In this document: positions 14,894-25,100 of the stretch, in pieces
Layout of the letters: every line of letters starts with the position of its first letter
Position numbering within the stretch: the first letter of the stretch is position 1
DNA from: a virus
Taxonomy: Duplodnaviria > Heunggongvirae > Uroviricota > Caudoviricetes
Virus record (IMG/VR): IMGVR_UViG_2648501437_000010
Coordinates: 1 to 30,031 of that record
Reading direction: 5' to 3' (one strand)
Length of the DNA: 30,031 nt
The notes under the pieces: model-generated
Told to the model about the DNA's origin: nothing
The model's input: the letters and a program-made list of their open reading frames with translations, nothing else
Database searches by the model: none
Translations under genes and position numbers: made by a program

Positions 14894-17800
14894 TTACAGA
14901 AGGCCAATTCTTACTCGTAGGACGTTGTTATCGTCATAAACGTCAATCCGCTGACCATTTATGACCAGTCGCCCATTGCCGCCGCTATTACCGTTGATCT
15001 CAAGCGTTCCATTTTTGCCGAATCGCCATCCAGATCTACCGCTAACAAAATTGGTAGATTGCAGATCGCCTACTTTTGCATTGGTGATTGTGCCATCCTT
15101 GATATACGCTCCATTCATATAGGCGATACTGTTTTCGATAACAAATGGCGTTGTGATCTTCCCGTTAACAGAGTTGACCAAACCAAACCTGTCCGCCTGA
15201 ACCAAAAACTGAGATAGCCCAGTGGTGTCAATACCAAGCGCAATACCGGCAACATACTTCTGCCCTCCGCTCGTTGAAGTCTCCATTTTCAACGTCCACG
15301 CGGTTGACACTTTTTTGTTGGTATCAGCAATAGCTGTTGCCTGCTGTTGAATTGTCGCGGTATTTCCATCCACCTCTGCTTTCAGAGTATCGATTCGCCC
15401 ACTCAGAGCATTATCTGCCTGCGTTCTCGCTGTCGTTTCAGTTGTTACCGCCGCGGAAATGTTGGCTGCCGTTTGAGACTCTAAGTTTGTGATTTGAGTC
15501 GCCAATGCAGCATCTTGCTCTGTACGCGTTTTCGTTTCGGTTGCTACAGCCGCTTTAATATCCTCTTTGTATTGAGAGGTCAGCTTGGTGATCTGAGACG
15601 ACAACGCCGAGTCAGCATCAGTTCGAGCCTGCGTTTCAACTGCAACGGCCGCACTAATATCTTTCGCTGTCTGTGCTTTTAAACTTGAAACCTCTTTTGT
15701 TAAAGCGGTATCACCATCAGCACGAGCCGTTGTTTCTCTGGCAAGAGATGCCTCGAGATCATTAGCTTTTGCTGTAAGAGACGAAATCTGAGTGGACAAT
15801 GCACTATCGGCATCAGTCCTTGCCTTTGTCTCTACAGCAACCGCTGCGGCAATATCAGTTCCGGTTTGTGCTCGCAGGCTGTTAATTTCTCGTGAGAGCG
15901 CCTGGTCAGCACTTGCTCTGGCCTCCTGCTCCTGAGTGATGGCAGCGGATATATCACCGTCAACCTTTGACTGAAGCTGGTTTATTTGTTTGGCTAACGC
16001 AGAGTCCCCGCTTGCTCGGGCCTCCTGCTCACTACGTATTGCAGCAGAAATATCATCATCAACCTTTGCCTGAAGTTGGGTGATCTGGCTTGCCAGAGCC
16101 GAATCTTCCGTTGCTCGGGCTTCTTGCTCTTCCTTAATAGCTGCGACGATATCGTTGCTTACTTTCGACTCAAGCTGAGTGATCTGTGTCGTCAGAGCTT
16201 CATCGGCAGATGTACGAGCCTCCTGCTCTGTACTAATCGCCGCGCTGATATCTCCTTCAAACTTAGATTGCAGCTGAGTGACACGCTTTGCCAACGCTTC
16301 ATCGCCATCGGCACGAGCGGTGGACTCTTCCAGAATACTGGCCTTAATGTCTTCGCCAATTTCTACGCGAATTTCCTCAACCTTCGTGGCCATTGCAGAC
16401 ATATCATCAGCAAAGGTTTTCTGTGTTGTTGCGATCTTCGCGTTATTGACCATCTGCTTGTGCTGGTCTTCATCTTGACGAAGAGCCAGGTCAATATTTG
16501 TTTTGGCCAAAGCCTCAATGTTCGTAGTCAGTTCTGCACTGGCACGATCGACCTCTGCAACCGTCTTTTTCATTTCTTCAACGGCAGCGGAGCTTTCCTC
16601 TACCGTTGACTGCAACACTTCCAGTTGTTTAGCGTTTGCAGCATCACCTTCAACACGAGCCTCGCTTTCCTTAGCAATAAGAGCCGCCGCTTCATCTCTT
16701 GCAGCCTTTATTGCCTCGACTGTATTAGCGAGAGCTTTATCGTGTTCAGATACGGTATTTTCGATTTCAACAATTGCAGCATCAGTAGCATCAATTTTTT
16801 CAAACGCTTCATTGACCTTGTCGATCGTTGCCGAAACCTCACCTTTAAGCTCGGTTTGTGCGTTCTCCAAAGCATCGCTACGCTCGTTGAATTTTATTTC
16901 AAAATCCGCGAGGTTATCGCTGAACTGCTTATCTAATTCAGCTATATCTTCCTTAACGTCGTTTACCGCCCCCTCCAAAGATTCGACGCTCTGGTTGATA
17001 TGCTCATTTAACTCGTCAACGGCTTCTTGAGAGGCTTTGCTGTTGATGTCCTCAAGCAGAGCCTGACCAAGCTCGGAAGATGTAATTTTGCCAGTCAGGA
17101 ACGACAGTACATCGCGAGTTGTCGCCTCTGTACCCAAGTTTGAGTTCGGAGGACTTAACATACCTCGCTTGTTCGATGCTCGAACCCAGTAATACCACGT
17201 TTCGCTATCCCCAAGACCAGCATGTGTAAAGGTGGTGCTTGCAGACTCTGCGATCAGTTTCGCCGTATCCAGATTATTGGTCTGGGACGCGTAAACATTA
17301 ATGTGATCAAGGTCTACCGAATCTGGATTAACCCAATTCAGTATCACATTACGATAGTCTCCAACGGCCGTTAATGACGTTGGGGCATCTGGCGGTGTCA
17401 TTGTGCCCAGCACCTGATAAACGGTACTGATAATCTCTGTTTTTTTACCGTTGAATGAAACCGCATACAGCTGGAAGTCGTAGCGTCCATTCTCCGCAAC
17501 ATTAACGATTTCGTATTGCTCTTCGGTTACACGCGCCGATTGCCAGTTCGATACATTGTTTTCATCAGAACGTCGCCAACTGATCCAATACTCTGGAGAT
17601 TTCCCTTCCCATGTTGCAGTCAGTTTTACTGACAGGTTGCCAGGGCTTGAGAGATAAGTCCCTTCGGTGATTTGCAAATTAGACGGCTTGGAGTAAGTCG
17701 GGTCCAATACCGTCGTATTTTGCGGGATAAGCGTTGCACCATTGTCGATCGCCTCATATTTAGACGGATTGTTCTCAACAGCGGTGATGTCAAAGCTACC

Positions 17801-19621
17801 CGGCGTTTCCCCCTGCGCGATGTTAACGATGCGAACGCGCATAGGTTCGAGGTCTGGTTCTGTAATAGTCCAGACGCCGTTCAAAACAGGCGTTTCAGCC
17901 GAAGACAGGGCTTTTGAAAACGTAACTTTTGTTATATTTTCGCCAGTTTCAAGAACATCGCGTTCAACGATTTTGCCTTCCTGATTCAGTATTCGAATAA
18001 AGCAGCCGCCTTTGGCTAACGACACAGGCGCATCGAGTGTGACGCTGTTTTTGGTAAACGCCACAATTCGACCTGAGTTACGTTTGCCTGCGCGATATTT
18101 GTTCTGAATCAGAACGGTTTCACCAGGCATCAGAAATGACGCGTCTAAGCCGGCAGTAAATGTAATTACATCCGACTCCATTCTGGCGGTATATAAAAGC
18201 CATAAACCAACTCGGTGAGCCTGCCCTCGGCTTGTACAGCCAAATGCTACGACTTCTGTCTTACGCTCACCATAACGGCGCATTGCGTCCTGATCTTCAA
18301 CGTACTCGATGTTTTGCTTATAACCGTCCTCCTTGTTGTTGTAGGTTACGAGCGCAACGGATGGGCGATCTTTACGCGCAGAACCTTTATAGGTAAACAA
18401 TCCATCTTTGACGTTAGAGTTGGTAAACATCATTACCGGATCTGATGGGCTATCCTGCATGATGTTAACCATCCCACCAGCCCAAAACACCATGCCGCGG
18501 AATGCTCCAGCAATATCCTGAATTAGCCGGTATGCGTCCTGTCGACTGGTGATCTGCGTATTGATTGCAAAGCGTTTCTCTTTGCCACCAAAGCCATCAT
18601 CGACCTCTTCGTCACAATATCGACCAATCTGGTACAACTGGCCAAGGTCAATCATAGATTCCGACACATACTGACCAAGGCCATATCGAGCATTGGTCAG
18701 CAAATCAAAGAGAATCCACGCGGGGTTCGAAGAAGACAACAGCTTAAAAGTACCATCCCATACCCCAGCGTAAGTGTTACTTGACTCGTTATAGTTTGAA
18801 GGTACTCGAATTTTTAGGCCACGCACCAGATAAGAGCGAGATGGCATGGTGCTGCCGAATTGCTCAGAGTTTACCTTCAATCCAACCAAAACAGAGTTTG
18901 GATAGTTCATCGGTGTATCGACAATTTCCCCGATTGAATCCACCCATGTATCGTTATAGAGATACTGGCTACTGTTATCATCGGTAATACGGACTACACG
19001 AACCTTGTATGCGCGTCCAGGCTTAGGCAGCTTCAGCTCGTAGCTACGGTAATAAACGCCGGTCTTCTTTGCTGTTAGCTTAATGCCAACGCTTTTTTCA
19101 CCTTCCGCGACCACATCTACAAATGTTGAGTCGCCATTTGCTATCTGGAACTTGTACTCAACAGTCGTACCGTTCGTGTCACCAGTTTTTTTATCTATGC
19201 TTCGCAAAGAAGGAAACTTCATGATGACACGAACCCGATCAGCTTCATCGTTATCGATTGAAACCGTTACATAATGTGTTTTTTTTAACTGGATATTGAC
19301 GGATTTAGGCGTTTCAACGAAATCAAAGCCAGACATTGGAGTCTGGTCTTGTGAACCGTCGCGAAAATCCCATGTGATTCCGCTGAAGTTGGAGGAACCG
19401 TCTTCATTTACAATCGGCAGATCGTCGATAAAAATAGATCTTGCGCCATTTACTAAGCCGCCAATTACCCCTTCCCCAAGAAGATCGAGGATAGCGGCCA
19501 TTGCACGAGAATTTACGGTATCGTCGGCTTCAACCGGTGTACGGCTGGAGCTTTTGCTGCTTTTTTTACCACCCGCACCGGCAATAAACAGCGGTAGCTT
19601 TTTCTTCTTGAACTGTTCCAT
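14894..19621 (-). CDS. J: host specificity / central tail fibre protein (lambda J family) with an inserted coiled-coil repeat region
   Basis: About 1576 aa from ATG at 19621 (AAGGA RBS); blocks such as AFGCTSRGQAHRVGLWLLYT and ...QKYVAGIALG...SQFLVQADRFGLVN match lambda J as I recall it; the track ORF begins at a TTG two codons upstream. Confidence 0.9.
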   Translation of the reverse strand: MEQFKKKKLPLFIAGAGGKKSSKSSSRTPVEADDTVNSRAMAAILDLLGEGVIGGLVNGARSIFIDDLPIVNEDGSSNFSGITWDFRDGSQDQTPMSGFDFVETPKSVNIQLKKTHYVTVSIDNDEADRVRVIMKFPSLRSIDKKTGDTNGTTVEYKFQIANGDSTFVDVVAEGEKSVGIKLTAKKTGVYYRSYELKLPKPGRAYKVRVVRITDDNSSQYLYNDTWVDSIGEIVDTPMNYPNSVLVGLKVNSEQFGSTMPSRSYLVRGLKIRVPSNYNESSNTYAGVWDGTFKLLSSSNPAWILFDLLTNARYGLGQYVSESMIDLGQLYQIGRYCDEEVDDGFGGKEKRFAINTQITSRQDAYRLIQDIAGAFRGMVFWAGGMVNIMQDSPSDPVMMFTNSNVKDGLFTYKGSARKDRPSVALVTYNNKEDGYKQNIEYVEDQDAMRRYGERKTEVVAFGCTSRGQAHRVGLWLLYTARMESDVITFTAGLDASFLMPGETVLIQNKYRAGKRNSGRIVAFTKNSVTLDAPVSLAKGGCFIRILNQEGKIVERDVLETGENITKVTFSKALSSAETPVLNGVWTITEPDLEPMRVRIVNIAQGETPGSFDITAVENNPSKYEAIDNGATLIPQNTTVLDPTYSKPSNLQITEGTYLSSPGNLSVKLTATWEGKSPEYWISWRRSDENNVSNWQSARVTEEQYEIVNVAENGRYDFQLYAVSFNGKKTEIISTVYQVLGTMTPPDAPTSLTAVGDYRNVILNWVNPDSVDLDHINVYASQTNNLDTAKLIAESASTTFTHAGLGDSETWYYWVRASNKRGMLSPPNSNLGTEATTRDVLSFLTGKITSSELGQALLEDINSKASQEAVDELNEHINQSVESLEGAVNDVKEDIAELDKQFSDNLADFEIKFNERSDALENAQTELKGEVSATIDKVNEAFEKIDATDAAIVEIENTVSEHDKALANTVEAIKAARDEAAALIAKESEARVEGDAANAKQLEVLQSTVEESSAAVEEMKKTVAEVDRASAELTTNIEALAKTNIDLALRQDEDQHKQMVNNAKIATTQKTFADDMSAMATKVEEIRVEIGEDIKASILEESTARADGDEALAKRVTQLQSKFEGDISAAISTEQEARTSADEALTTQITQLESKVSNDIVAAIKEEQEARATEDSALASQITQLQAKVDDDISAAIRSEQEARASGDSALAKQINQLQSKVDGDISAAITQEQEARASADQALSREINSLRAQTGTDIAAAVAVETKARTDADSALSTQISSLTAKANDLEASLARETTARADGDTALTKEVSSLKAQTAKDISAAVAVETQARTDADSALSSQITKLTSQYKEDIKAAVATETKTRTEQDAALATQITNLESQTAANISAAVTTETTARTQADNALSGRIDTLKAEVDGNTATIQQQATAIADTNKKVSTAWTLKMETSTSGGQKYVAGIALGIDTTGLSQFLVQADRFGLVNSVNGKITTPFVIENSIAYMNGAYIKDGTITNAKVGDLQSTNFVSGRSGWRFGKNGTLEINGNSGGNGRLVINGQRIDVYDDNNVLRVRIGLL
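15330..16370 (-). repeat. about 12 tandem 87-bp (29-codon) in-frame repeats inside J encoding a heptad-like coiled coil
   Basis: Repeated peptide unit DISAAIxxEQEARAxxDxALxxQIxQLQSKV; repeated DNA units visible (e.g. gcctcctgctc...gatatc...aacctttg...); explains the antisense ORFs on the plus strand at 15494-17030. Confidence 0.65.
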
Positions 19622-19638
19622 GTTCAAAAAATCCTTGT

Positions 19639-20232
19639 TTACATTAGCTGGTCAATCGTGATTGAAGAACTCACAACCTGTGAGCCAACCAGAATTTCCT
19701 CGCCATAGATAAGTTGTACTGGGTTGCCCTGGTTTTCTGTATTTTGAGGGCCGTCGAAATAATAAGAGTTCGAGTTATCTGCCTGTCTCACACTTTCGTT
19801 AGTGGCTTGCGGCGATATGATTTGTGATATGCCGCCCATCATCAGTGACAAACCGAGAGGTGCTAAAGCAGGCATCACTACCGCCGATACAACCAACAAA
19901 GCGGCCCCTACTACCGTCTGAAACCACCCAAAAGCAGATCCACCGCTTCCTCGCGGAACAGGTGTAATGCGGATTTTGGCAATGTTGTCAGACTGCCCCA
20001 TCATCTGATATTCACTTTCGTCAACAGACCACTTGTGGCCCTGTTTATTGGTGATCTGGATGTGGTAACGGTCATAGGTTTTGATATTGCGCTTCATCCA
20101 TGCTTTAAACCCAGGCTTGTTGGCCTCAATTAAATCCAGAGCCTGTTTTGTATTGCGCACCTTTAGATGCCAGTGGCGGCCAAAATGTTTGGCCATAGGG
20201 CCGCCAAGCTGCACATGAACTAACTCAGACAC
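19639..20232 (-). CDS. I: tail assembly protein (lambda I family)
   Basis: 197 aa; GTG start with AAGGGAGA RBS 6 nt upstream; hydrophobic central segment and C-terminal ...QLIYGEEILVGSQVV typical of gpI; overlaps the K stop. Confidence 0.8.
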   Translation of the reverse strand: MSELVHVQLGGPMAKHFGRHWHLKVRNTKQALDLIEANKPGFKAWMKRNIKTYDRYHIQITNKQGHKWSVDESEYQMMGQSDNIAKIRITPVPRGSGGSAFGWFQTVVGAALLVVSAVVMPALAPLGLSLMMGGISQIISPQATNESVRQADNSNSYYFDGPQNTENQGNPVQLIYGEEILVGSQVVSSSITIDQLM

Positions 20233-21017
20233 GTCTCATCTCCCTTGAGCAAGTCTCTGTGACGCAAGTGATGCGTCGTATGTTTCTGATACATTCCGCC
20301 GTAATAAGCACGACAACTAAGACGGTCGATCTGGTGATGAAGAATCATTCCATCGCCGATATAAACCGCGCAGTGATCTGGCATTTTCCCGTAGTGAATA
20401 AAGAAGACGTCCCCACGTTGAGGCTCTGTTCCAGGTGCAAGCCGTACCAATCCCTCGTTTCGGTAGTTCTGGTCGAGAATGTCGTTATCGCCGGTGTACC
20501 ACGATGGAATATGCAGGTGTGCGTTCGGGTTAAGCTCGACGTTAAACTCACGCTTCAAATAGTCCCGACACAACATCCAGCAATCGAATACGCCAAATAC
20601 ATACGGTCTACCCAGGTATGGCATTTCGAAACCATCAGGTGTGATCACATTCATCTCGCTAAAATGGAAAGGGGCATCTCCCTCAACATTCTTGCGAATA
20701 GCCAGAATCATCCACGGAACTTCCGTCGCTTCACAGCCTGCACGATCGGCATCAGATGCTTCTGCTGATTCATCAGTATGTGAATGCCAGATTGCGATTA
20801 CGTCACCTGCATCCTCTGCCGCCATAATGTCGTCAACGTGCATTACAAAAGTGTTCTGCGGGTTCTCCGAAACATTTCGCGCTTCCATAAAGCGATATTT
20901 GTCGCCATTAGTTCTCACCAGAAAGCCACACGCTTCATTAGGGTAGCGATTTATGGCGCAGAGATAGATTTGCTGCATAACATCAGAGCCAAGCTCAGGG
21001 ATTGCTTTATTACCCAT
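20220..21017 (-). CDS. K: tail assembly protein (lambda K family; MPN/JAMM + NlpC/P60 domains)
   Basis: EACGFLV...IAIWHSHTDES (JAMM-like HSH motif) and FDCWMLCRDY...HCAVYIGDGMILHH (NlpC/P60-like Cys/His), matching the gpK pattern ESCGF/HSHP/DCYTL/GDGxLLHH; ATG at 21017 with GGAG RBS overlaps the L stop. Confidence 0.8.
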   Translation of the reverse strand: MGNKAIPELGSDVMQQIYLCAINRYPNEACGFLVRTNGDKYRFMEARNVSENPQNTFVMHVDDIMAAEDAGDVIAIWHSHTDESAEASDADRAGCEATEVPWMILAIRKNVEGDAPFHFSEMNVITPDGFEMPYLGRPYVFGVFDCWMLCRDYLKREFNVELNPNAHLHIPSWYTGDNDILDQNYRNEGLVRLAPGTEPQRGDVFFIHYGKMPDHCAVYIGDGMILHHQIDRLSCRAYYGGMYQKHTTHHLRHRDLLKGDETCLS

Positions 21018-21708
21018 ATCGCGTAGCTCCAATAAACCCGCCAAAATGGATCACTCCGTTGGCAAAATAATTCCGACGCGCATTACAGGCGTCATAACGT
21101 TTTGTGCAGTAATCAGCACCAGACATAGACGTCTGCTGGTTATTTTTGTCGAAATATGGACCGGTATAGCCGCATTCTGGCCCTCGGTATTTCCACGGGC
21201 AGGTGTTTTTAATGATCTGACGATACGGCAGTTGCACCCCCATCAAATCGAACACACTGGACAATTCAAACTCGACAACCTGATGAGTTTCGAGAGTTTT
21301 CTGTTCGATAAACCACATTTCATCCGGGAAATGTTGGTTTGGATCTGCTGTTGGGTTGCCGTCTTTAAAATTAACGGCATCGAGGAAGCGAGCCAGCGTC
21401 ATCTTGCGAATAATGCGGCAGCCAACAAGATCGTCGTTCGCCTGAACTTCCGCAGAGACGGTTCCGGCAAAGTTCGATACCTGAATTTTTGGACGTGGCA
21501 ACGTTCCCTGGCCAGTTTTGTCAAAGCCTGATGCTTTGATTGGCCACGGCTCGTATGTCACTCCTTGCCAGACGACCGGTTGCATCAGTTCGTTTGTTCC
21601 GGCGTGGAAGAATAACTTCCCCCCTGAAGTTGTGTTCGACATATCCAGTACGAACAACTCAATGAGTGCAGAGGGAGATAAGCTCTGAATATCAGCTTTA
21701 ATTCCCAT
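21010..21708 (-). CDS. L: minor tail protein (lambda L family)
   Basis: Conserved W-QG-x-Y-x-P-x-PI-x-SGF, RFLDAVNF and C-terminal cysteine cluster C-x-W-x-YRG-x-ECGY-x-G as in gpL; ATG at 21708 with AAGGATGA RBS. Confidence 0.85.
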   Translation of the reverse strand: MGIKADIQSLSPSALIELFVLDMSNTTSGGKLFFHAGTNELMQPVVWQGVTYEPWPIKASGFDKTGQGTLPRPKIQVSNFAGTVSAEVQANDDLVGCRIIRKMTLARFLDAVNFKDGNPTADPNQHFPDEMWFIEQKTLETHQVVEFELSSVFDLMGVQLPYRQIIKNTCPWKYRGPECGYTGPYFDKNNQQTSMSGADYCTKRYDACNARRNYFANGVIHFGGFIGATRYG

Positions 21709-21766
21709 TGTTTCATCCTTGAAATAAGTAGGCGCTAACATCCTGTCAGCGCCACAATGATAGTAA

Positions 21767-21782
21767 ATTAGTACTTACTTAT
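21767..21782 (-). promoter_or_regulatory. recurring 16-nt motif, site D (plus strand attagTACTTACTTAT)
   Basis: Intergenic between the M stop (21791) and the L start (21708); followed on the coding strand by hairpin 21731-21753 and the RBS. Confidence 0.4.
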
Positions 21783-21790
21783 CCAGATAC

Positions 21791-22126
21791 TTAAGCCTCA
21801 AATACTTGTCTGAATGTAGCAGTTAAGACACAGTACCCCTGATATCGCTTGACCGTATGACTGTCACATACAACTACAATCCGTTTTCCTCTTGGATTAA
21901 CCCAATAGAACGACTCAACGCCTGCTCGCTCAGTCAGGAAGTCATCGATTGCATTAATTTCGTTGTATGATCTGGTAAAGGTTAACGACCATTCTTCTTT
22001 AATACGATTAAGACCTTGAGCCTGTCGCTGCTCGTAGTCATCACCAAAATTAAGTACCGTTACATTCGGTTTTACGCTTTTTTCAGATTCGTAATCTGGA
22101 TACCAATTAAACGTTTGTCTTTCCAT
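21791..22126 (-). CDS. M: minor tail protein (lambda M family)
   Basis: 111 aa; ...NFGDDYEQRQAQGLN...SFYW...P... matches the gpM pattern (RFGDGYSQR...GLN...SFLW); AAGGA RBS lies in the loop of a small hairpin. Confidence 0.8.
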   Translation of the reverse strand: MERQTFNWYPDYESEKSVKPNVTVLNFGDDYEQRQAQGLNRIKEEWSLTFTRSYNEINAIDDFLTERAGVESFYWVNPRGKRIVVVCDSHTVKRYQGYCVLTATFRQVFEA

Positions 22127-22168
22127 CTCACATCCTTGTGAGACTGCCCCGGTCGGGGCAGTCGATAG

Positions 22169-25100
22169 TTAGTTACGTTGAGTGTTTGGGTTGAGTGATC
22201 CGCCAGGGCGTTTCTCTTGAGCGATAGTCTCAAGCGCGATTGCTTTCATCCGTTGAGCGGCATTGTTCCATATGCTTTCTGTATCGCCGGATTCAGTTGT
22301 GCTACCGTCACTATGGACGTTGATCTCAATTGATACAGGAGAAAGAACATTTCCTCCTCCACTCATACCATCGGTACTGAGCGTTACAGGGATTGTTCGA
22401 CCATCAGGCAATGGAACATACGCCTCATTCATATCGCCTTCCCCAAACAACGCCAATTGAGGTGAGTTGGCGATACCGCCTTTCTGGTATGCCCGGAGCG
22501 GGATCACGCCGTCTTTTCCGAATATGCCACCATTTGCAAACTTCGGAATTGCAGGAATACCATTCGTGCCATCGGCAGCAGAACTGGTCAGATTGTTGAA
22601 CCCGGAAGTTGAGCCAGAAGAACCGGACATCAATCCATCGAATCCACCACCAGCCCATACTGAAACCAAACCAGATGCAACTGTCGCGCCGAAATTCAAC
22701 CACTTATTACCAGAGCCGGAAGCATTAGCTCCAAGCATTGCAAACGCGGCAGACAGAGCGCCGGTAACAGAGCTGAGGTTCTGCATCGAGAAGATGGAGT
22801 CCTTCACTGCTTTTGTCTCAGCATCTTTGGCTTCGGTGCTATTAAATAGCCCTGATACCCAGCTACCAATCGCATTTGTTGCTGTGCCAATTGCGCTGGT
22901 GGTCTGCTGTGTCGTTTGCCCCAATCCAGTTACCGAACTGGACGTCTCCTTCGTGGCTTCTCCTACCGACTTGTCGCCATTAACAGTGTTGCTTATGCGC
23001 ACACCTTGATTGGCAACTGCGGAAGCAACCCCGGTGAGCAAATTACCACTCTGTGAACTACCAGCTGCGGTGGTTCCCATTCCCAACATGTTCATTAGAG
23101 GCAGCGTGATCTGCGACTTCACGACCATATTGGTGATATCTTTCAAAATGGACTGAGATAGGCTGGAGAAGCTCATCTTCCCGTTAATAACGAAATCAGT
23201 CAGGACATCAGTTAAGCCACTAAACAAATCAGTCCAGGTGCTTTCGATCTGCTCTGCCAGGTTTTCGTATTCCAGTGCCAACTTCTGCGTCGCAGTCCCC
23301 GTCTCTTTAATAAGCGCGGTATTGCCAGCAGCAATCAGTTGATTGATTTTCTTTGTATAAAGCGCCACAACTTTAGGATCAGACGCCTTATCACGAAGTT
23401 CTATCAACGCTTTGAGATTGCGGTTGTAGGTGTCTTCGAAATCAGCAACTTTATCTTCGCGAGACGGCGTATAGCCAGCACTAATAATGGAATCCGACTC
23501 CGGTGCCCAGGTGGAGATCATCTGCTCAACATTGCGGCGATTAAACATCTCGCGATATTCAGGTGTCGCATTTTTGAGGTCTTCAAGACGTTTTTTCGCC
23601 TTGTCGATCATCTCTTGAGTGATGAACTCGTTAGGAACCGCATTAGCCAAATCTGTCAGCGATTTCGTTGTATCGCGAAGAGACTGATCAAACGATACCG
23701 TAGCCTTAGAGCTTTCACCCATTTGCCCCATAAGCTGATCGGCTTTGTCCAGAGCCTTCTGGTATCCGGCTGCCAGTTTCTGTTGCGCTGCCTGTTCCTT
23801 CTTGGCCGCACGCTGCGAGGCGTTAGCTGATCGTTGGGCTGCTTTCTCGGCAGCTGCTGCATCCTGTTCACGAGCTTTAGTCAGTGCAGCAATAGCTGCG
23901 GCACGCTCTTCATCGCTCATTTTCTCCAGAGAGCTGGCGCTGGATGCTTTCTGCAAATTAAGCTGCGTCTTGAGTTGTTTAGGCCCAATAATCGGCTTAC
24001 CTTCGAAGTCCATCATCGGAGTGCCGTCAGGCAAAGTACGTTGATAAGTCGCAGAATCCATCTGGTTTCGCATATATTGCGCCAGCGCCTTCTGAGCAGC
24101 TTTATCAGTTGTACCTAACCCAAGAACAGTCCCCTGGTTTGACATTACGCCCTTACCAGTTTTGGCCGCGTTATCTCTCTCGAACTCTGCCTGAGTCAGC
24201 TCCTGAGCAACGGCTTCCAAATGCTCCTGATAACCACGAATACTGCCTTGCAGTTTCTGGATCTGCTCGGTATTTCCATCCTTTTTGGCTTTTTCAAGCT
24301 GATCATTAAGAGTCGCAATTTGCTTCTCGGTCGCATTCTTACGAGAAGAAAGTGAATCAACCAGTTTTTGCGCAGGCTCCAGATAGCTTTTGTTTACCGT
24401 TTCACGTAACGGTGCCAATAGCTTGTTCTTTTCGTCATCTGAAAGTGAACCGTCATCATTGATTTTCTGGATCTTATCCAGAGCCTCCTGCCGGGCTTTC
24501 ACGAATGTTGCCGCAAAGTCTCTATTCTCTTCCCGTATTTTCTCTATCTGTGATTCTGCCGCATCTTTTGCAAGACGTTTGGCTACAGCAATGTCTCCGC
24601 GTTCAATTGCCCCAGTAGTTTTATCGCGTTTCTTACGAAGGTCATTTAGCTCATTTTCTATACGCTTACGTTCATCCTGATTAATCTTTACTGTAGTTCC
24701 GGCCATACCCGGCCCATAAACCACCTTTTCGCCAGATTTTAACTCTTGTTCCTTTTGCGTGATTTGTTGCTCAAGACGCGCTTTATACTCCGCCATCTGT
24801 GCACGTTTGGCCGCTGTCATCGCTTCTGGTATTTTCCTAATCTCGTCAACGACCTTTGAAGTTTCGCTGCGGAGCATGGTCATGTACGTGATTAGGCCAG
24901 CAACAGCTACAGTGGCAACTGTAAATGCTGCCCCTATAGGGTTTGCTGCAATGAACGCCGTTAATCCAGCAAAAGCGCCTTTAAGCCCCGTAATCGCCCC
25001 ACGGATGGCGAAAATAAGAGAGGGGATCGGAGCCAGCCCCATACGTGCCGCACGATTGAATCGGGTTACTGCTGTAGCGCCGAGGTTAAATGGAGTCTGT

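Noticed and set aside
11090-16370. Possible CRISPR array suggested by tandem repeats
   Set aside because: The repeats are in-frame coding repeats (87-bp units in J, about 117-bp units in stf) with no unique spacers, no AT-rich leader and no cas genes.
15494-17030. Plus-strand ORFs (15494-15682, 16076-16609, 16503-17030, 16625-16936) with Ser/Ala/Cys-rich low-complexity translations
   Set aside because: Antisense to the J coiled-coil tandem repeats; repeat periodicity suppresses stop codons in several frames.
21010-21741. Track start codons for L (21741), K (TTG at 21044), J (TTG at 19627) and tape measure (TTG at 26767)
   Set aside because: Downstream ATGs (21708, 21017, 19621, 26746) have better Shine-Dalgarno spacing, and for L and K they match where the lambda homologues begin; the longer forms rely on rare starts or lack an RBS.
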